DNA from: Eledone cirrhosa
Lineage: Eukaryota
NCBI GenBank assembly: GCA_964016885.1
Contig: OZ024741.1
Coordinates: forward strand, 23,622,001-23,686,000
DNA length: 64,000 nucleotides
Direction: 5' to 3'
The notes under the pieces are model-generated. The model was given only the letters and a program-made list of their open reading frames with translations. It did no database searches and was not told where the DNA came from. This document shows, one piece after another, positions 14,801 through 30,899 of the stretch (the first letter of the stretch is position 1; every line of letters starts with the position of its first letter). The translations under genes were made by a program, and so were the position numbers.

Positions 14801-16549
14801 CACTCAGCTGAAGAACAATTCCAACTGGATAGGACACCAGTCTATCACAGGGTTAACACTCAGCTGAAGAACAATTCCAACTGGATAGGACACCAGTCTA
14901 TCACAGGGTTAACACTCAGCTGAAGAACAATTCCAACTGGATAGGACACCAGTCTATCACAGGGTTAACACACAGCTGAAGAACAATTCCAACTGGATAG
15001 GACACCAGTCTATCACAGGGTTAACACTCAGCTAAAGAACAATCCCAACTGGATAGGACACCAGTCTATCACAGGGTTAACACTCAGCTGAAGAACAATT
15101 CCAACTGGATAGGACACCAGTCTATCACAGGGTTAACACTCAGCTGAAGAACAATTCCAACTGGATAGGACACCAGTCTATCACAGGGTTAACAGACAGC
15201 TGAAGAACAATTCCAACTGGATAGGACACCAGTCTATCACAGGGTTAACACACAGCTGAAGAACAATTCCAACTGGATAAGACACCAGTCTATCACAGGG
15301 TTAACACTCAGCTGAAGAACAATTCCAACTGGATAGGACACCAGTCTATCACAGGGTTAACACTCAGCTGAAGAACAATTCCAACTGGATAGGACACCAG
15401 TCTATCACAGGGTTAACACTCAGCTAAAGAACAATCCCAACTGGATAGGACACCAGTCTATCACAGGGTTAACACTCAGCTGAAGAACAATTCCAACTGG
15501 ATAGGACACCAGTCTATCACAGGGTTAACACTCAGCTGAAGAACAATTCCAACTGGATAGGACACCAGTCTATCACAGGGTTAACACACAGCTGAAGAAC
15601 AATTACAACTGGATAGGACACCAGTCTATCACAGGGTTAACACACAGCTGAAGAACAATTCCAACTGGATAGGACACCAGTCTATCACAGGGTTAACACT
15701 CAGCTGAAGAACAATTCCAACTGGATAGGACACCAGTCTATCACAGGGTTAACACTCAGCTGAAGAACAATTCCAACTGGATAGGACACCAGTTTATCAC
15801 AGGGTTATCACTCAGCTGAAGAACAATTCCAACTGGATAGGACACCAGTCTATCACAGGGTAACACACAGCTGAAGAACAATTCCAACTGGATAGGACAC
15901 CAGTCTATCACAGGGTTAACACACAGCTGAAGAACAATTCCAACTGGATAGGACACCAGTCTATCAGAGGGTTAACACTCAGCTGAAGAACAATTCCAAC
16001 TGGATAGGACACCAGTCTATCACAGGGTTATCACTCAGCTGAAGAACAATTCCAACTGGATAGGACACCAGTCTATCACAGGGTTAACACACAGCTGAAG
16101 AACAACTCCAACTGGATAGGACACCAGTGTATCACAGGGTTAACACACAGCTGAAGAACAATTCCAACTGGATAGGACACCAGTCTATCACAGGGTTAAC
16201 ACTCAGCTGAAGAACAATTCCAACTGGATAGGACACCAGTCTATCACAGGGTTAACACTCAGCAGAAGAACCATTCCAACTGGATAGGACACCAGTCTAT
16301 CAGAGGGTTAACACTCAGCTGAAGAACAATTCCAACTGGATAGGACACCAGTCTATCACAGGGTTAACACCTAGCTGAAGAAAAATTCCAACTGGATAGG
16401 ACACCAGTCTATCACAGGGTTAACACCTAGCTGAAGGACAATTCCAACTGGATAGGACACCAGTCTATCACAGGGTTAACACCTAGCTGAAGAACAATTC
16501 CAACTGGATAGGACACCAGTCTATCACAGGGTTAACACACAGCTGAAGA
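11848..16549. repeat. Higher-order repeat block A (84-mer, 4,702 bp), copy 1
   Basis: Bounded by GAAGACTGATACCCACT marker monomers (11848, 16550). Same ordered variant string as 37203-41904 and 46214-50915 (TTCAAAC at +455, GGTGAAC, CTATGAC, CTGGTTAG, AAGATCAATC, AACAGAC, GATAAGAC, AAGGAC). Confidence 0.9.
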
Positions 16550-18789
16550 CTGATACCCACTGGATAGGACACCAGTCTATCACAGGGTTAACACCTAGCT
16601 GAAGAACAATCCCAAATGGATAGGACACCAGTCTATCACAGGGTTAACACACAGCTGAAGAACAATCCCAACTGGATAGGACACCAGTCTATCACAGGGT
16701 TATCACTCAGCTGAAGAACAATTCCAACTGGATAGGACACCAGTCTATCAGAGGGTTAACACTCAGCTGAAGAACAATTCCAACTGGATAGGACACCAGT
16801 CTATCACAGGGTTAACACACAGCTGAAGAACAATTCCAACTGGATAGGACACCAGTCTATCACAGGGTTAACACTCAGCTAAAGAACAATCCCAACTGGA
16901 TAGGACACCAGTCTATAACAGGGTTAACACTCAGCTGAAGAACAATTCCAACTGGATAGGACACCAGTCTATCACAGGGTTAACACTCAGCTGAAGAACA
17001 ATTCCAACTGGATAGGACACCAGTCTATCACAGAGTTAACACTCAGCTAAAGAACAATCCCAACTGGATAGGACACCAGTCTATCACAGGGTTAACACAC
17101 AGCTGAAGAACAATTCCAACTGGATAGGACACCAGTCTATCACAGGGTTAACACTCAGCTGAAGAACAATTCCAACTGGATAGGACACCAGTCTATCAGA
17201 GGGTTAACACTCGGCTGAAGAACAATTCCAACTGGATAGGACACCAGTCTATCACAGGGTTATCACTCAGCTGAAGAACAATTCCAACTGGATAGGACAC
17301 CAGTCTATCACAGGGTTAACACACAGCTGAAGAACAATTCCAACTGGATAGGACACCAGTCTATCACAGGGTTAACACACAGCTGAAGAACAATTCCAAC
17401 TGGATAGGACACCAGTCTATCACAGGGTTAACACTCAGCTGAAGAACAATTCCAACTGGATAGGACACCAGTTTATCACAGGGTTATCATTCAGCTGAAG
17501 AACAATTCCAACTGGATAGGACACCAGTCTATCAGAGGGTTAACACCTAGCTGAAGAACAATTCCAACTGGATAGGACACCAGTCTATCACAGGGTTAAC
17601 ACACAGCTGAAGAACAATTCCAACTGGATAGGACACCAGTCTATCACAGGGTTCACACACAGCTGAAGAACAATTCCAACTGGATAGGACACCAGTCTAT
17701 CACAGGGTAACACTCAGCTGAAGAACAATTCCAACTGGATAGGACACCAGTCTATCACAGGGTTAACACTCAGCTGAAGAACAATTCCAACTGGATAGGA
17801 CACCAGTCTATCACAGGGTTAACACACAGCTGAAGAACAATTCCAACTGGATAGGACACCAGTCTATCACAGGGTTAACACACAGCTGAAGAACAATTCC
17901 AACTGGATAGGACACCAGTCTATCGCAGGGTTATCACTCAGCTGAAGAACAATTCCAACTGGATAGGACACCAGTCTATCAGAGGGTTAACACTCAGCTG
18001 AAGAACAATTCCAACTGGATAGGACACCAGTCTATCACAGGGTTAACACTCAGCTGAAGAACAATTCCAACTGGATAGGACACCAGTCTATCACAGGGTT
18101 AACACTCAGCTAAAGAACAATCCCAACTGGATAGGACACCAGTCTATCACAGGGTTAACACTGAGCTGAAGAACAATCCCAAATGGATAGGACACCAGTC
18201 TATCAGAGGGTTAACACTCAGCTGAAGAACAATTCCAACTGGATAGGACACCAGTCTATCACAGGGTTATCACTCAGCTGAAGAACAATTCCAACTGGAT
18301 AGGACACCAGTCTATCACAGGGTTAACACACAGCTGAAGAACAACTCCAACTGGATAGGACACCAGTGTATCACAGGGTTAACACACAGCTGAAGAACAA
18401 TTCCAACTGGATAGGACACCAGTCTATCACAGGGTTAACACTCAGCTGAAGAACAATTCCAACTGGATAGGACACCAGTCTATCACAGGGTTAACACTCA
18501 GCAGAAGAACCATTCCAACTGGATAGGACACCAGTCTATCAGAGGGTTAACACTCAGCTGAAGAACAATTCCAACTGGATAGGACACCAGTCTATCACAG
18601 GGTTAACACCTAGCTGAAGAACAATCCCAAATGGATAGGACACCAGTCTATCACAGGGTTAACACTCAGCTGAAGAACAATCCCAAATGGATAGGACACC
18701 AGTCTATCAGAGGGTTAACACTCAGCTGAAGAACAATTCCAACTGGATAGGACACCAGTCTATCACAGGGTTAACACACAGCTGAAGAA

Positions 18790-21700
18790 CAATTCCAACT
18801 GGATAGGACACCAGTCTATCACAGGGTTCACACACAGCTGAAGAACAATTCCAACTGGATAGGACACCAGTCTATCACAGGGTAACACTCAGCTGAAGAA
18901 CAATTCCAACTGGATAGGACACCAGTCTATCACAGGGTTAACACTCAGCTGAAGAACAATCCCAACTGGATAGGACACCAGACTATCACAGGGTTAACAC
19001 TCAGCTGAAAAACAATTCCAACTGGATAGGACACCAGTCTATCAGAGGGTTAACACTCAGCTGAAGAACAATTCCAACTGGATAGGACACCAGTCTATCA
19101 CAGGGTTAACACCTAGCTGAAGAACAATCCCAAATGGATAGGACACCAGTCTATCACAGGGTTAACACTCAGCTGAAGAACAATCCCAAATGGATAGGAC
19201 ACCAGTCTATCAGAGGGTTAACACTCAGCTGAAAAACAATTCCAACTGGATAGGACACCAGTCTATCACAGGGTTAACACTCAGCTGAAGAACAATTCCA
19301 ACTAGATAGGACACCAGTCTATCACAGGGTTAACACTCAGCTGAAGAACAATTCCAACTGGATAGGACACCAGTCTATCACAGGGTTAACACACAGCTGA
19401 AGAACAATTCCAACTGGATAGGACACCAGTCTATCACAGGGTTAACACTCAGCTAAAGAACAATCCCAACTGGATAGGACACCAGTCTATCACAGGGTTA
19501 ACACTCAGCTGAAGAACAATTCCAACTGGATAGGACACCAGTCTATCACAGGGTTAACACTCAGCTGAAGAACAATTCCAACTGGATAGGACACCAGTCT
19601 ATCACAGGGTTAACACTCAGCTAAAGAACAATCCCAACTGGATAGGACACCAGTCTATCACAGGGTTAACACTCAGCTGAAGAACAATTCCAACTGGATA
19701 GGACACCAGTCTATCACAGGGTTAACACTCAGCTGAAGAACAATTCCAACTGGATAGGACACCAGTCTATCACAGGGTTAACACACAGCTGAAGAACAAT
19801 TCCAACTGGATAGGACACCAGTCTATCACAGGGTTAACACACAGCTGAAGAACAATTCCAACTGGATAGGACACCAGTCTATCACAGGGTTAACACTCAG
19901 CTGAAGAACAATTCCAACTGGATAGGACACCAGTCTATCACAGGGTTAACACTCAGCTGAAGAACAATTCCAACTGGATAGGACACCAGTTTATCACAGG
20001 GTTATCACTCAGCTGAAGAACAATTCCAACTGGATAGGACACCAGTCTATCAGAGGGTTAACACTCAGCTGAAGAACAATTCCAACTGGATAGGACACCA
20101 GTCTATCACAGGGTTATCACTCAGCTGAAGAACAATTCCAACTGGATAGGACACCAGTCTATCACAGGGTTAACACACAGCTGAAGAACAACTCCAACTG
20201 GATAGGACACCAGTGTATCACAGGGTTAACACACAGCTGAAGAACAATTCCAACTGGATAGGACACCAGTCTATCACAGGGTTAACACTCAGCTGAAGAA
20301 CAATTCCAACTGGATAGGACACCAGTCTATCACAGGGTTAACACTCAGCAGAAGAACCATTCCAACTGGATAGGACACCAGTCTATCAGAGGGTTAACAC
20401 TCAGCTGAAGAACAATTCCAACTGGATAGGACACCAGTCTATCACAGGGTTAACACTCAGCTGAAGAAAAATTCCAACTGGATAGGACACCAGTCTATCA
20501 CAGGGTTAACACCTAGCTGAAGAACAATTCCAACTGGATAGGACACCAGTCTATCACAGGGTTAACACACAGCTGAAGACTGATACCCACTGGATAGGAC
20601 ACCAGTCTATCACAGGGTTAACACCTAGCTGAAGAACAATCCCAAATGGATAGGACACCAGTCTATCACAGGGTTAACACACAGCTGAAGAACAATCCCA
20701 ACTGGATAGGACACCAGTCTATCACAGGGTTATCACTCAGCTGAAGAACAATTCCAACTGGATAGGACACCAGTCTATCAGAGGGTTAACACTCAGCTGA
20801 AGAACAATTCCAACTGGATAGGACACCAGTCTATCACAGGGTTAACACCTAGCTGAAGAACAATCCCAAATGGATAGGACACCAGTCTATCACAGGGTTA
20901 ACACTCAGCTGAAGAACAATCCCAAATGGATAGGACACCAGTCTATCAGAGGGTTAACACTCAGCTGAAGAACAATTCCAACTGGATAGGACACCAGTCT
21001 ATCACAGGGTTAACACTCAGCTGAAGAACAATTCAAACTGGATAGGACACCAGTCTATCACAGGGTTAACACTCAGCAGAAGAACAATTCCAACTGGATA
21101 GGACACCAGTCTATCACAGGGTTAACACTCAGCTGAAGAACAATTCCAACTGGATAGGACACCAGTCTATCACAGGGTTAACACACAGCTGAAGAATAAT
21201 TCCAACTGGATAGGACACCAGTCTATCACAGGGTTAACACACAGCTGAAGAACAATTCCAACTGGATAGGACACCAGTCTATCACAGGGTTAACACTCAG
21301 CTGAAGAACAATTCCAACTGGATAGGACACCAGTCTATCACAGGGTTAACACTCAGCTAAAGAACAATCCCAACTGGATAGGACACCAGTCTATCACAGG
21401 GTTAACACTGAGCTGAAGAACAATCCCAAATGGATAGGACACCAGTCTATCAGAGGGTTAACACTCAGCTGAAGAACAATTCCAACTGGATAGGACACCA
21501 GTCTATCACAGGGTTAACACTCAGCTGAAGAACAATTCCAACTGGATAGGACACCAGTCTATCACAGGGTTAACACTCAGCTGAAGAACAATTCCAACTG
21601 GATAGGACACCAGTCTATCACAGGGTTAACAGACAGCTGAAGAACAATTCCAACTGGATAGGACACCAGTCTATCACAGGGTTAACACACAGCTGAAGAA

Positions 21701-24700
21701 CAATTCCAACTGGATAAGACACCAGTCTATCACAGGGTTAACACTCAGCTGAAGAACAATTCCAACTGGATAGGACACCAGTCTATCACAGGGTTAACAC
21801 TCAGCTGAAGAACAATTCCAACTGGATAGGACACCAGTCTATCACAGGGTTAACACTCAGCTAAAGAACAATCCCAACTGGATAGGACACCAGTCTATCA
21901 CAGGGTTAACACTCAGCTGAAGAACAATTCCAACTGGATAGGACACCAGTCTATCACAGGGTTAACACTCAGCTGAAGAACAATTCCAACTGGATAGGAC
22001 ACCAGTCTATCACAGGGTTAACACACAGCTGAAGAACAATTCCAACTGGATAGGACACCAGTCTATCACAGGGTTAACACTCAGCTGAAGAACAATTCCA
22101 ACTGGATAGGACACCAGTCTATCACAGGGTTAACACTCAGCTGAAGAACAATTCCAACTGGATAGGACACCAGTTTATCACAGGGTTATCACTCAGCTGA
22201 AGAACAATTCCAACTGGATAGGACACCAGTTTATCACAGGGTTATCACTCAGCTGAAGAACAATTCCAACTGGATAGGACACCAGTCTATCACAGGGTAA
22301 CACACAGCTGAAGAACAATTCCAACTGGATAGGACACCAGTCTATCACAGGGTTAACACACAGCTGAAGAACAATTCCAACTGGATAGGACACCAGTCTA
22401 TCAGAGGGTTAACACTCAGCTGAAGAACAATTCCAACTGGATAGGACACCAGTCTATCACAGGGTTATCACTCAGCTGAAGAACAATTCCAACTGGATAG
22501 GACACCAGTCTATCACAGGGTTAACACACAGCTGAAGAACAACTCCAACTGGATAGGACACCAGTGTATCACAGGGTTAACACACAGCTGAAGAACAATT
22601 CCAACTGGATAGGACACCAGTCTATCACAGGGTTAACACTCAGCTGAAGAACAATTCCAACTGGATAGGACACCAGTCTATCACAGGGTTAACACTCAGC
22701 AGAAGAACCATTCCAACTGGATAGGACACCAGTCTATCAGAGGGTTAACACTCAGCTGAAGAACAATTCCAACTGGATAGGACACCAGTCTATCACAGGG
22801 TTAACACCTAGCTGAAGAAAAATTCCAACTGGATAGGACACCAGTCTATCACAGGGTTAACACCTAGCTGAAGGACAATTCCAACTGGATAGGACACCAG
22901 TCTATCACAGGGTTAACACCTAGCTGAAGAACAATTCCAACTGGATAGGACACCAGTCTATCACAGGGTTAACACTCAGCTGAAGAACAATTCCAACTAG
23001 ATAGGACACCAGTCTATCACAGGGTTAACACTCAGCTGAAGAACAATTCCAACTGGATAGGACACCAGTCTATCACAGGGTTAACACCTAGCTGAAGGAC
23101 AATTCCAACTGGATAGGACACCAGTCTATCACAGGGTTAACACCTAGCTGAAGAACAATTCCAACTGGATAGGACACCAGTCTATCACAGGGTTAACACT
23201 CAGCTGAAGAACAATTCCAACTAGATAGGACACCAGTCTATCACAGGGTTAACACTCAGCTGAAGAACAATTCCAACTGGATAGGACACCAGTCTATCAC
23301 AGGGTTAACACTCAGCTAAAGAACAATCCCAACTGGATAGGACACCAGTCTATCACAGGGTTAACACTCAGCTGAAGAACAATTCCAACTGGATAGGACA
23401 CCAGTCTATCACAGGGTTAACACTCAGCTGAAGAACAATTCCAACTGGATAGGACACCAGTCTATCACAGGGTTAACACACAGCTGAAGAACAATTCCAA
23501 CTGGATAGGACACCAGTCTATCACAGGGTTAACACACAGCTGAAGAACAATTCCAACTGGATAGGACACCAGTCTATCACAGGGTTAACACTCAGCTGAA
23601 GAACAATTCCAACTGGATAGGACACCAGTCTATCACAGGGTTAACACTCAGCTGAAGAACAATTCCAACTGGATAGGACACCAGTTTATCACAGGGTTAT
23701 CACTCAGCTGAAGAACAATTCCAACTGGATAGGACACCAGTCTATCACAGGGTTCACACACAGCTGAAGAACAATTCCAACTGGATAGGACACCAGTCTA
23801 TCACAGGGTAACACTCAGCTGAAGAACAATTCCAACTGGATAGGACACCAGTCTATCACAGGGTTAACACTCAGCTGAAGAACAATCCCAACTGGATAGG
23901 ACACCAGACTATCACAGGGTTAACACTCAGCTGAAAAACAATTCCAACTGGATAGGACACCAGTCTATCAGAGGGTTAACACTCAGCTGAAGAACAATTC
24001 CAACTGGATAGGACACCAGTCTATCACAGGGTTAACACCTAGCTGAAGAACAATCCCAAATGGATAGGACACCAGTCTATCACAGGGTTAACACTCAGCT
24101 GAAGAACAATCCCAAATGGATAGGACACCAGTCTATCAGAGGGTTAACACTCAGCTGAAAAACAATTCCAACTGGATAGGACACCAGTCTATCACAGGGT
24201 TAACACTCAGCTGAAGAACAATTCCAACTAGATAGGACACCAGTCTATCACAGGGTTAACACTCAGCTGAAGAACAATTCCAACTGGATAGGACACCAGT
24301 CTATCACAGGGTTAACACACAGCTGAAGAACAATTCCAACTGGATAGGACACCAGTCTATCACAGGGTTAACACTCAGCTAAAGAACAATCCCAACTGGA
24401 TAGGACACCAGTCTATCACAGGGTTAACACTCAGCTGAAGAACAATTCCAACTGGATAGGACACCAGTCTATCACAGGGTTAACACTCAGCTGAAGAACA
24501 ATTCCAACTGGATAGGACACCAGTCTATCACAGGGTTAACACTCAGCTAAAGAACAATCCCAACTGGATAGGACACCAGTCTATCACAGGGTTAACACTC
24601 AGCTGAAGAACAATTCCAACTGGATAGGACACCAGTCTATCACAGGGTTAACACTCAGCTGAAGAACAATTCCAACTGGATAGGACACCAGTCTATCACA

Positions 24701-27700
24701 GGGTTAACACACAGCTGAAGAACAATTCCAACTGGATAGGACACCAGTCTATCACAGGGTTAACACACAGCTGAAGAACAATTCCAACTGGATAGGACAC
24801 CAGTCTATCACAGGGTTAACACTCAGCTGAAGAACAATTCCAACTGGATAGGACACCAGTCTATCACAGGGTTAACACTCAGCTGAAGAACAATTCCAAC
24901 TGGATAGGACACCAGTTTATCACAGGGTTATCACTCAGCTGAAGAACAATTCCAACTGGATAGGACACCAGTCTATCAGAGGGTTAACACTCAGCTGAAG
25001 AACAATTCCAACTGGATAGGACACCAGTCTATCACAGGGTTATCACTCAGCTGAAGAACAATTCCAACTGGATAGGACACCAGTCTATCACAGGGTTAAC
25101 ACACAGCTGAAGAACAACTCCAACTGGATAGGACACCAGTGTATCACAGGGTTAACACACAGCTGAAGAACAATTCCAACTGGATAGGACACCAGTCTAT
25201 CACAGGGTTAACACTCAGCTGAAGAACAATTCCAACTGGATAGGACACCAGTCTATCACAGGGTTAACACTCAGCAGAAGAACCATTCCAACTGGATAGG
25301 ACACCAGTCTATCAGAGGGTTAACACTCAGCTGAAGAACAATTCCAACTGGATAGGACACCAGTCTATCACAGGGTTAACACTCAGCTGAAGAAAAATTC
25401 CAACTGGATAGGACACCAGTCTATCACAGGGTTAACACCTAGCTGAAGAACAATTCCAACTGGATAGGACACCAGTCTATCACAGGGTTAACACACAGCT
25501 GAAGACTGATACCCACTGGATAGGACACCAGTCTATCACAGGGTTAACACCTAGCTGAAGAACAATCCCAAATGGATAGGACACCAGTCTATCACAGGGT
25601 TAACACACAGCTGAAGAACAATCCCAACTGGATAGGACACCAGTCTATCACAGGGTTATCACTCAGCTGAAGAACAATTCCAACTGGATAGGACACCAGT
25701 CTATCAGAGGGTTAACACTCAGCTGAAGAACAATTCCAACTGGATAGGACACCAGTCTATCACAGGGTTAACACCTAGCTGAAGAACAATCCCAAATGGA
25801 TAGGACACCAGTCTATCACAGGGTTAACACTCAGCTGAAGAACAATCCCAAATGGATAGGACACCAGTCTATCAGAGGGTTAACACTCAGCTGAAGAACA
25901 ATTCCAACTGGATAGGACACCAGTCTATCACAGGGTTAACACTCAGCTGAAGAACAATTCAAACTGGATAGGACACCAGTCTATCACAGGGTTAACACTC
26001 AGCAGAAGAACAATTCCAACTGGATAGGACACCAGTCTATCACAGGGTTAACACTCAGCTGAAGAACAATTCCAACTGGATAGGACACCAGTCTATCACA
26101 GGGTTAACACACAGCTGAAGAATAATTCCAACTGGATAGGACACCAGTCTATCACAGGGTTAACACACAGCTGAAGAACAATTCCAACTGGATAGGACAC
26201 CAGTCTATCACAGGGTTAACACTCAGCTGAAGAACAATTCCAACTGGATAGGACACCAGTCTATCACAGGGTTAACACTCAGCTAAAGAACAATCCCAAC
26301 TGGATAGGACACCAGTCTATCACAGGGTTAACACTGAGCTGAAGAACAATCCCAAATGGATAGGACACCAGTCTATCAGAGGGTTAACACTCAGCTGAAG
26401 AACAATTCCAACTGGATAGGACACCAGTCTATCACAGGGTTAACACTCAGCTGAAGAACAATTCCAACTGGATAGGACACCAGTCTATCACAGGGTTAAC
26501 ACTCAGCTGAAGAACAATTCCAACTGGATAGGACACCAGTCTATCACAGGGTTAACAGACAGCTGAAGAACAATTCCAACTGGATAGGACACCAGTCTAT
26601 CACAGGGTTAACACACAGCTGAAGAACAATTCCAACTGGATAAGACACCAGTCTATCACAGGGTTAACACTCAGCTGAAGAACAATTCCAACTGGATAGG
26701 ACACCAGTCTATCACAGGGTTAACACTCAGCTGAAGAACAATTCCAACTGGATAGGACACCAGTCTATCACAGGGTTAACACTCAGCTAAAGAACAATCC
26801 CAACTGGATAGGACACCAGTCTATCACAGGGTTAACACTCAGCTGAAGAACAATTCCAACTGGATAGGACACCAGTCTATCACAGGGTTAACACTCAGCT
26901 GAAGAACAATTCCAACTGGATAGGACACCAGTCTATCACAGGGTTAACACACAGCTGAAGAACAATTCCAACTGGATAGGACACCAGTCTATCACAGGGT
27001 TAACACTCAGCTGAAGAACAATTCCAACTGGATAGGACACCAGTCTATCACAGGGTTAACACTCAGCTGAAGAACAATTCCAACTGGATAGGACACCAGT
27101 TTATCACAGGGTTATCACTCAGCTGAAGAACAATTCCAACTGGATAGGACACCAGTTTATCACAGGGTTATCACTCAGCTGAAGAACAATTCCAACTGGA
27201 TAGGACACCAGTCTATCACAGGGTAACACACAGCTGAAGAACAATTCCAACTGGATAGGACACCAGTCTATCACAGGGTTAACACACAGCTGAAGAACAA
27301 TTCCAACTGGATAGGACACCAGTCTATCAGAGGGTTAACACTCAGCTGAAGAACAATTCCAACTGGATAGGACACCAGTCTATCACAGGGTTATCACTCA
27401 GCTGAAGAACAATTCCAACTGGATAGGACACCAGTCTATCACAGGGTTAACACACAGCTGAAGAACAACTCCAACTGGATAGGACACCAGTGTATCACAG
27501 GGTTAACACACAGCTGAAGAACAATTCCAACTGGATAGGACACCAGTCTATCACAGGGTTAACACTCAGCTGAAGAACAATTCCAACTGGATAGGACACC
27601 AGTCTATCACAGGGTTAACACTCAGCAGAAGAACCATTCCAACTGGATAGGACACCAGTCTATCAGAGGGTTAACACTCAGCTGAAGAACAATTCCAACT

Positions 27701-27896
27701 GGATAGGACACCAGTCTATCACAGGGTTAACACCTAGCTGAAGAAAAATTCCAACTGGATAGGACACCAGTCTATCACAGGGTTAACACCTAGCTGAAGG
27801 ACAATTCCAACTGGATAGGACACCAGTCTATCACAGGGTTAACACCTAGCTGAAGAACAATTCCAACTGGATAGGACACCAGTCTATCACAGGGTT
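18790..27896. repeat. Block duplication with 4,926-bp offset (88 monomers minus 2 bp): ~18790-22970 repeated at ~23716-27896
   Basis: GGTTCAC 18829/23755, CAGACTATC followed by CTGAAAAAC 18981/23907, marker monomer 20580/25506, ORF-track hits 22193/27119. All offsets are 4,926 bp. Confidence 0.9.
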
Positions 27897-30800
27897 AACA
27901 CACAGCTGAAGACTGATACCCACTGGATAGGACACCAGTCTATCACAGGGTTAACACCTAGCTGAAGAACAATCCCAAATGGATAGGACACCAGTCTATC
28001 ACAGGGTTAACACACAGCTGAAGAACAATCCCAACTGGATAGGACACCAGTCTATCACAGGGTTATCACTCAGCTGAAGAACAATTCCAACTGGATAGGA
28101 CACCAGTCTATCAGAGGGTTAACACTCAGCTGAAGAACAATTCCAACTGGATAGGACACCAGTCTATCACAGGGTTAACACACAGCTGAAGAACAATTCC
28201 AACTGGATAGGACACCAGTCTATCACAGGGTTAACACTCAGCTAAAGAACAATCCCAACTGGATAGGACACCAGTCTATAACAGGGTTAACACTCAGCTG
28301 AAGAACAATTCCAACTGGATAGGACACCAGTCTATCACAGGGTTAACACTCAGCTGAAGAACAATTCCAACTGGATAGGACACCAGTCTATCACAGAGTT
28401 AACACTCAGCTAAAGAACAATCCCAACTGGATAGGACACCAGTCTATCACAGGGTTAACACACAGCTGAAGAACAATTCCAACTGGATAGGACACCAGTC
28501 TATCACAGGGTTAACACTCAGCTGAAGAACAATTCCAACTGGATAGGACACCAGTCTATCAGAGGGTTAACACTCGGCTGAAGAACAATTCCAACTGGAT
28601 AGGACACCAGTCTATCACAGGGTTATCACTCAGCTGAAGAACAATTCCAACTGGATAGGACACCAGTCTATCACAGGGTTAACACACAGCTGAAGAACAA
28701 TTCCAACTGGATAGGACACCAGTCTATCACAGGGTTAACACACAGCTGAAGAACAATTCCAACTGGATAGGACACCAGTCTATCACAGGGTTAACACTCA
28801 GCTGAAGAACAATTCCAACTGGATAGGACACCAGTTTATCACAGGGTTATCATTCAGCTGAAGAACAATTCCAACTGGATAGGACACCAGTCTATCAGAG
28901 GGTTAACACCTAGCTGAAGAACAATTCCAACTGGATAGGACACCAGTCTATCACAGGGTTAACACACAGCTGAAGAACAATTCCAACTGGATAGGACACC
29001 AGTCTATCACAGGGTTCACACACAGCTGAAGAACAATTCCAACTGGATAGGACACCAGTCTATCACAGGGTAACACTCAGCTGAAGAACAATTCCAACTG
29101 GATAGGACACCAGTCTATCACAGGGTTAACACTCAGCTGAAGAACAATTCCAACTGGATAGGACACCAGTCTATCACAGGGTTAACACTCAGCTGAAGAA
29201 CAATTCCAACTGGATAGGACACCAGTCTATCACAGGGTTAACACACAGCTGAAGAACAATTCCAACTGGATAGGACACCAGTCTATCACAGGGTTAACAC
29301 ACAGCTGAAGAACAATTCCAACTGGATAGGACACCAGTCTATCACAGGGTTATCACTCAGCTGAAGAACAATTCCAACTGGATAGGACACCAGTCTATCA
29401 GAGGGTTAACACTCAGCTGAAGAACAATTCCAACTGGATAGGACACCAGTCTATCACAGGGTTAACACCTAGCTGAAGAACAATCCCAAATGGATAGGAC
29501 ACCAGTCTATCACAGGGTAACACACAGCTGAAGAACAATTCCAACTGGATAGGACACCAGTCTATCAGAGGGTTAACACTCAGCTGAAGAACAATTCCAA
29601 CTGGATAGGACACCAGTCTATCACAGGGTTAACACTCAGCTGAAGAACAATTCCAACTGGATAGGACACCAGTCTATCACAGGGTTAACACTCAGCTGAA
29701 GAACAATTCCAACTGGATAGGACACCAGTCTATCACAGGGTTAACACTCAGCTGAAGAACAATTCCAACTGGATAGGACACCAGTCTATCACAGGGTTAA
29801 CACACAGCTGAAGAATAATTCCAACTGGATAGGACACCAGTCTATCACAGGGTTAACACACAGCTGAAGAACAATTCCAACTGGATAGGACACCAGTCTA
29901 TCACAGGGTTAACACTCAGCAGAAGAACCATTCCAACTGGATAGGACACCAGTCTATCACAGGGTTAACACTCAGCTAAAGAACAATCCCAACTGGATAG
30001 GACACCAGTCTATCACAGGGTTAACACTGAGCTGAAGAACAATCCCAAATGGATAGGACACCAGTCTATCAGAGGGTTAACACTCAGCTGAAGAACAATT
30101 CCAACTGGATAGGACACCAGTCTATCACAGGGTTAACACTCAGCTGAAGAACAATTCCAACTGGATAGGACACCAGTCTATCACAGGGTTAACACACAGC
30201 TGAAGACTGATACCCACTGGATAGGACACCAGTCTATCACAGGGTTAACACCTAGCTGAAGAACAATCCCAAATGGATAGGACACCAGTCTATCACAGGG
30301 TTAACACACAGCTGAAGAACAATCCCAACTGGATAGGACACCAGTCTATCACAGGGTTATCACTCAGCTGAAGAACAATTCCAACTGGATAGGACACCAG
30401 TCTATCAGAGGGTTAACACTCAGCTGAAGAACAATTCCAACTGGATAGGACACCAGTCTATCACAGGGTTAACACACAGCTGAAGAACAATTCCAACTGG
30501 ATAGGACACCAGTCTATCACAGGGTTAACACTCAGCTAAAGAACAATCCCAACTGGATAGGACACCAGTCTATAACAGGGTTAACACTCAGCTGAAGAAC
30601 AATTCCAACTGGATAGGACACCAGTCTATCACAGGGTTAACACCTAGCTGAAGAACAATTCCAACTGGATAGGACACCAGTCTATCACAGGGTTAACACT
30701 CAGCTGAAGAACAATTCCAACTGGATAGGACACCAGTTTATCACAGGGTTATCATTCAGCTGAAGAACAATTCCAACTGGATAGGACACCAGTCTATCAC

Positions 30801-30899
30801 AGGGTTAACACACAGCTGAAGAACAATTCCAACTGGATAGGACACCAGTCTATCACAGGGTTCACACACAGCTGAAGAACAATTCCAACTGGATAGGAC

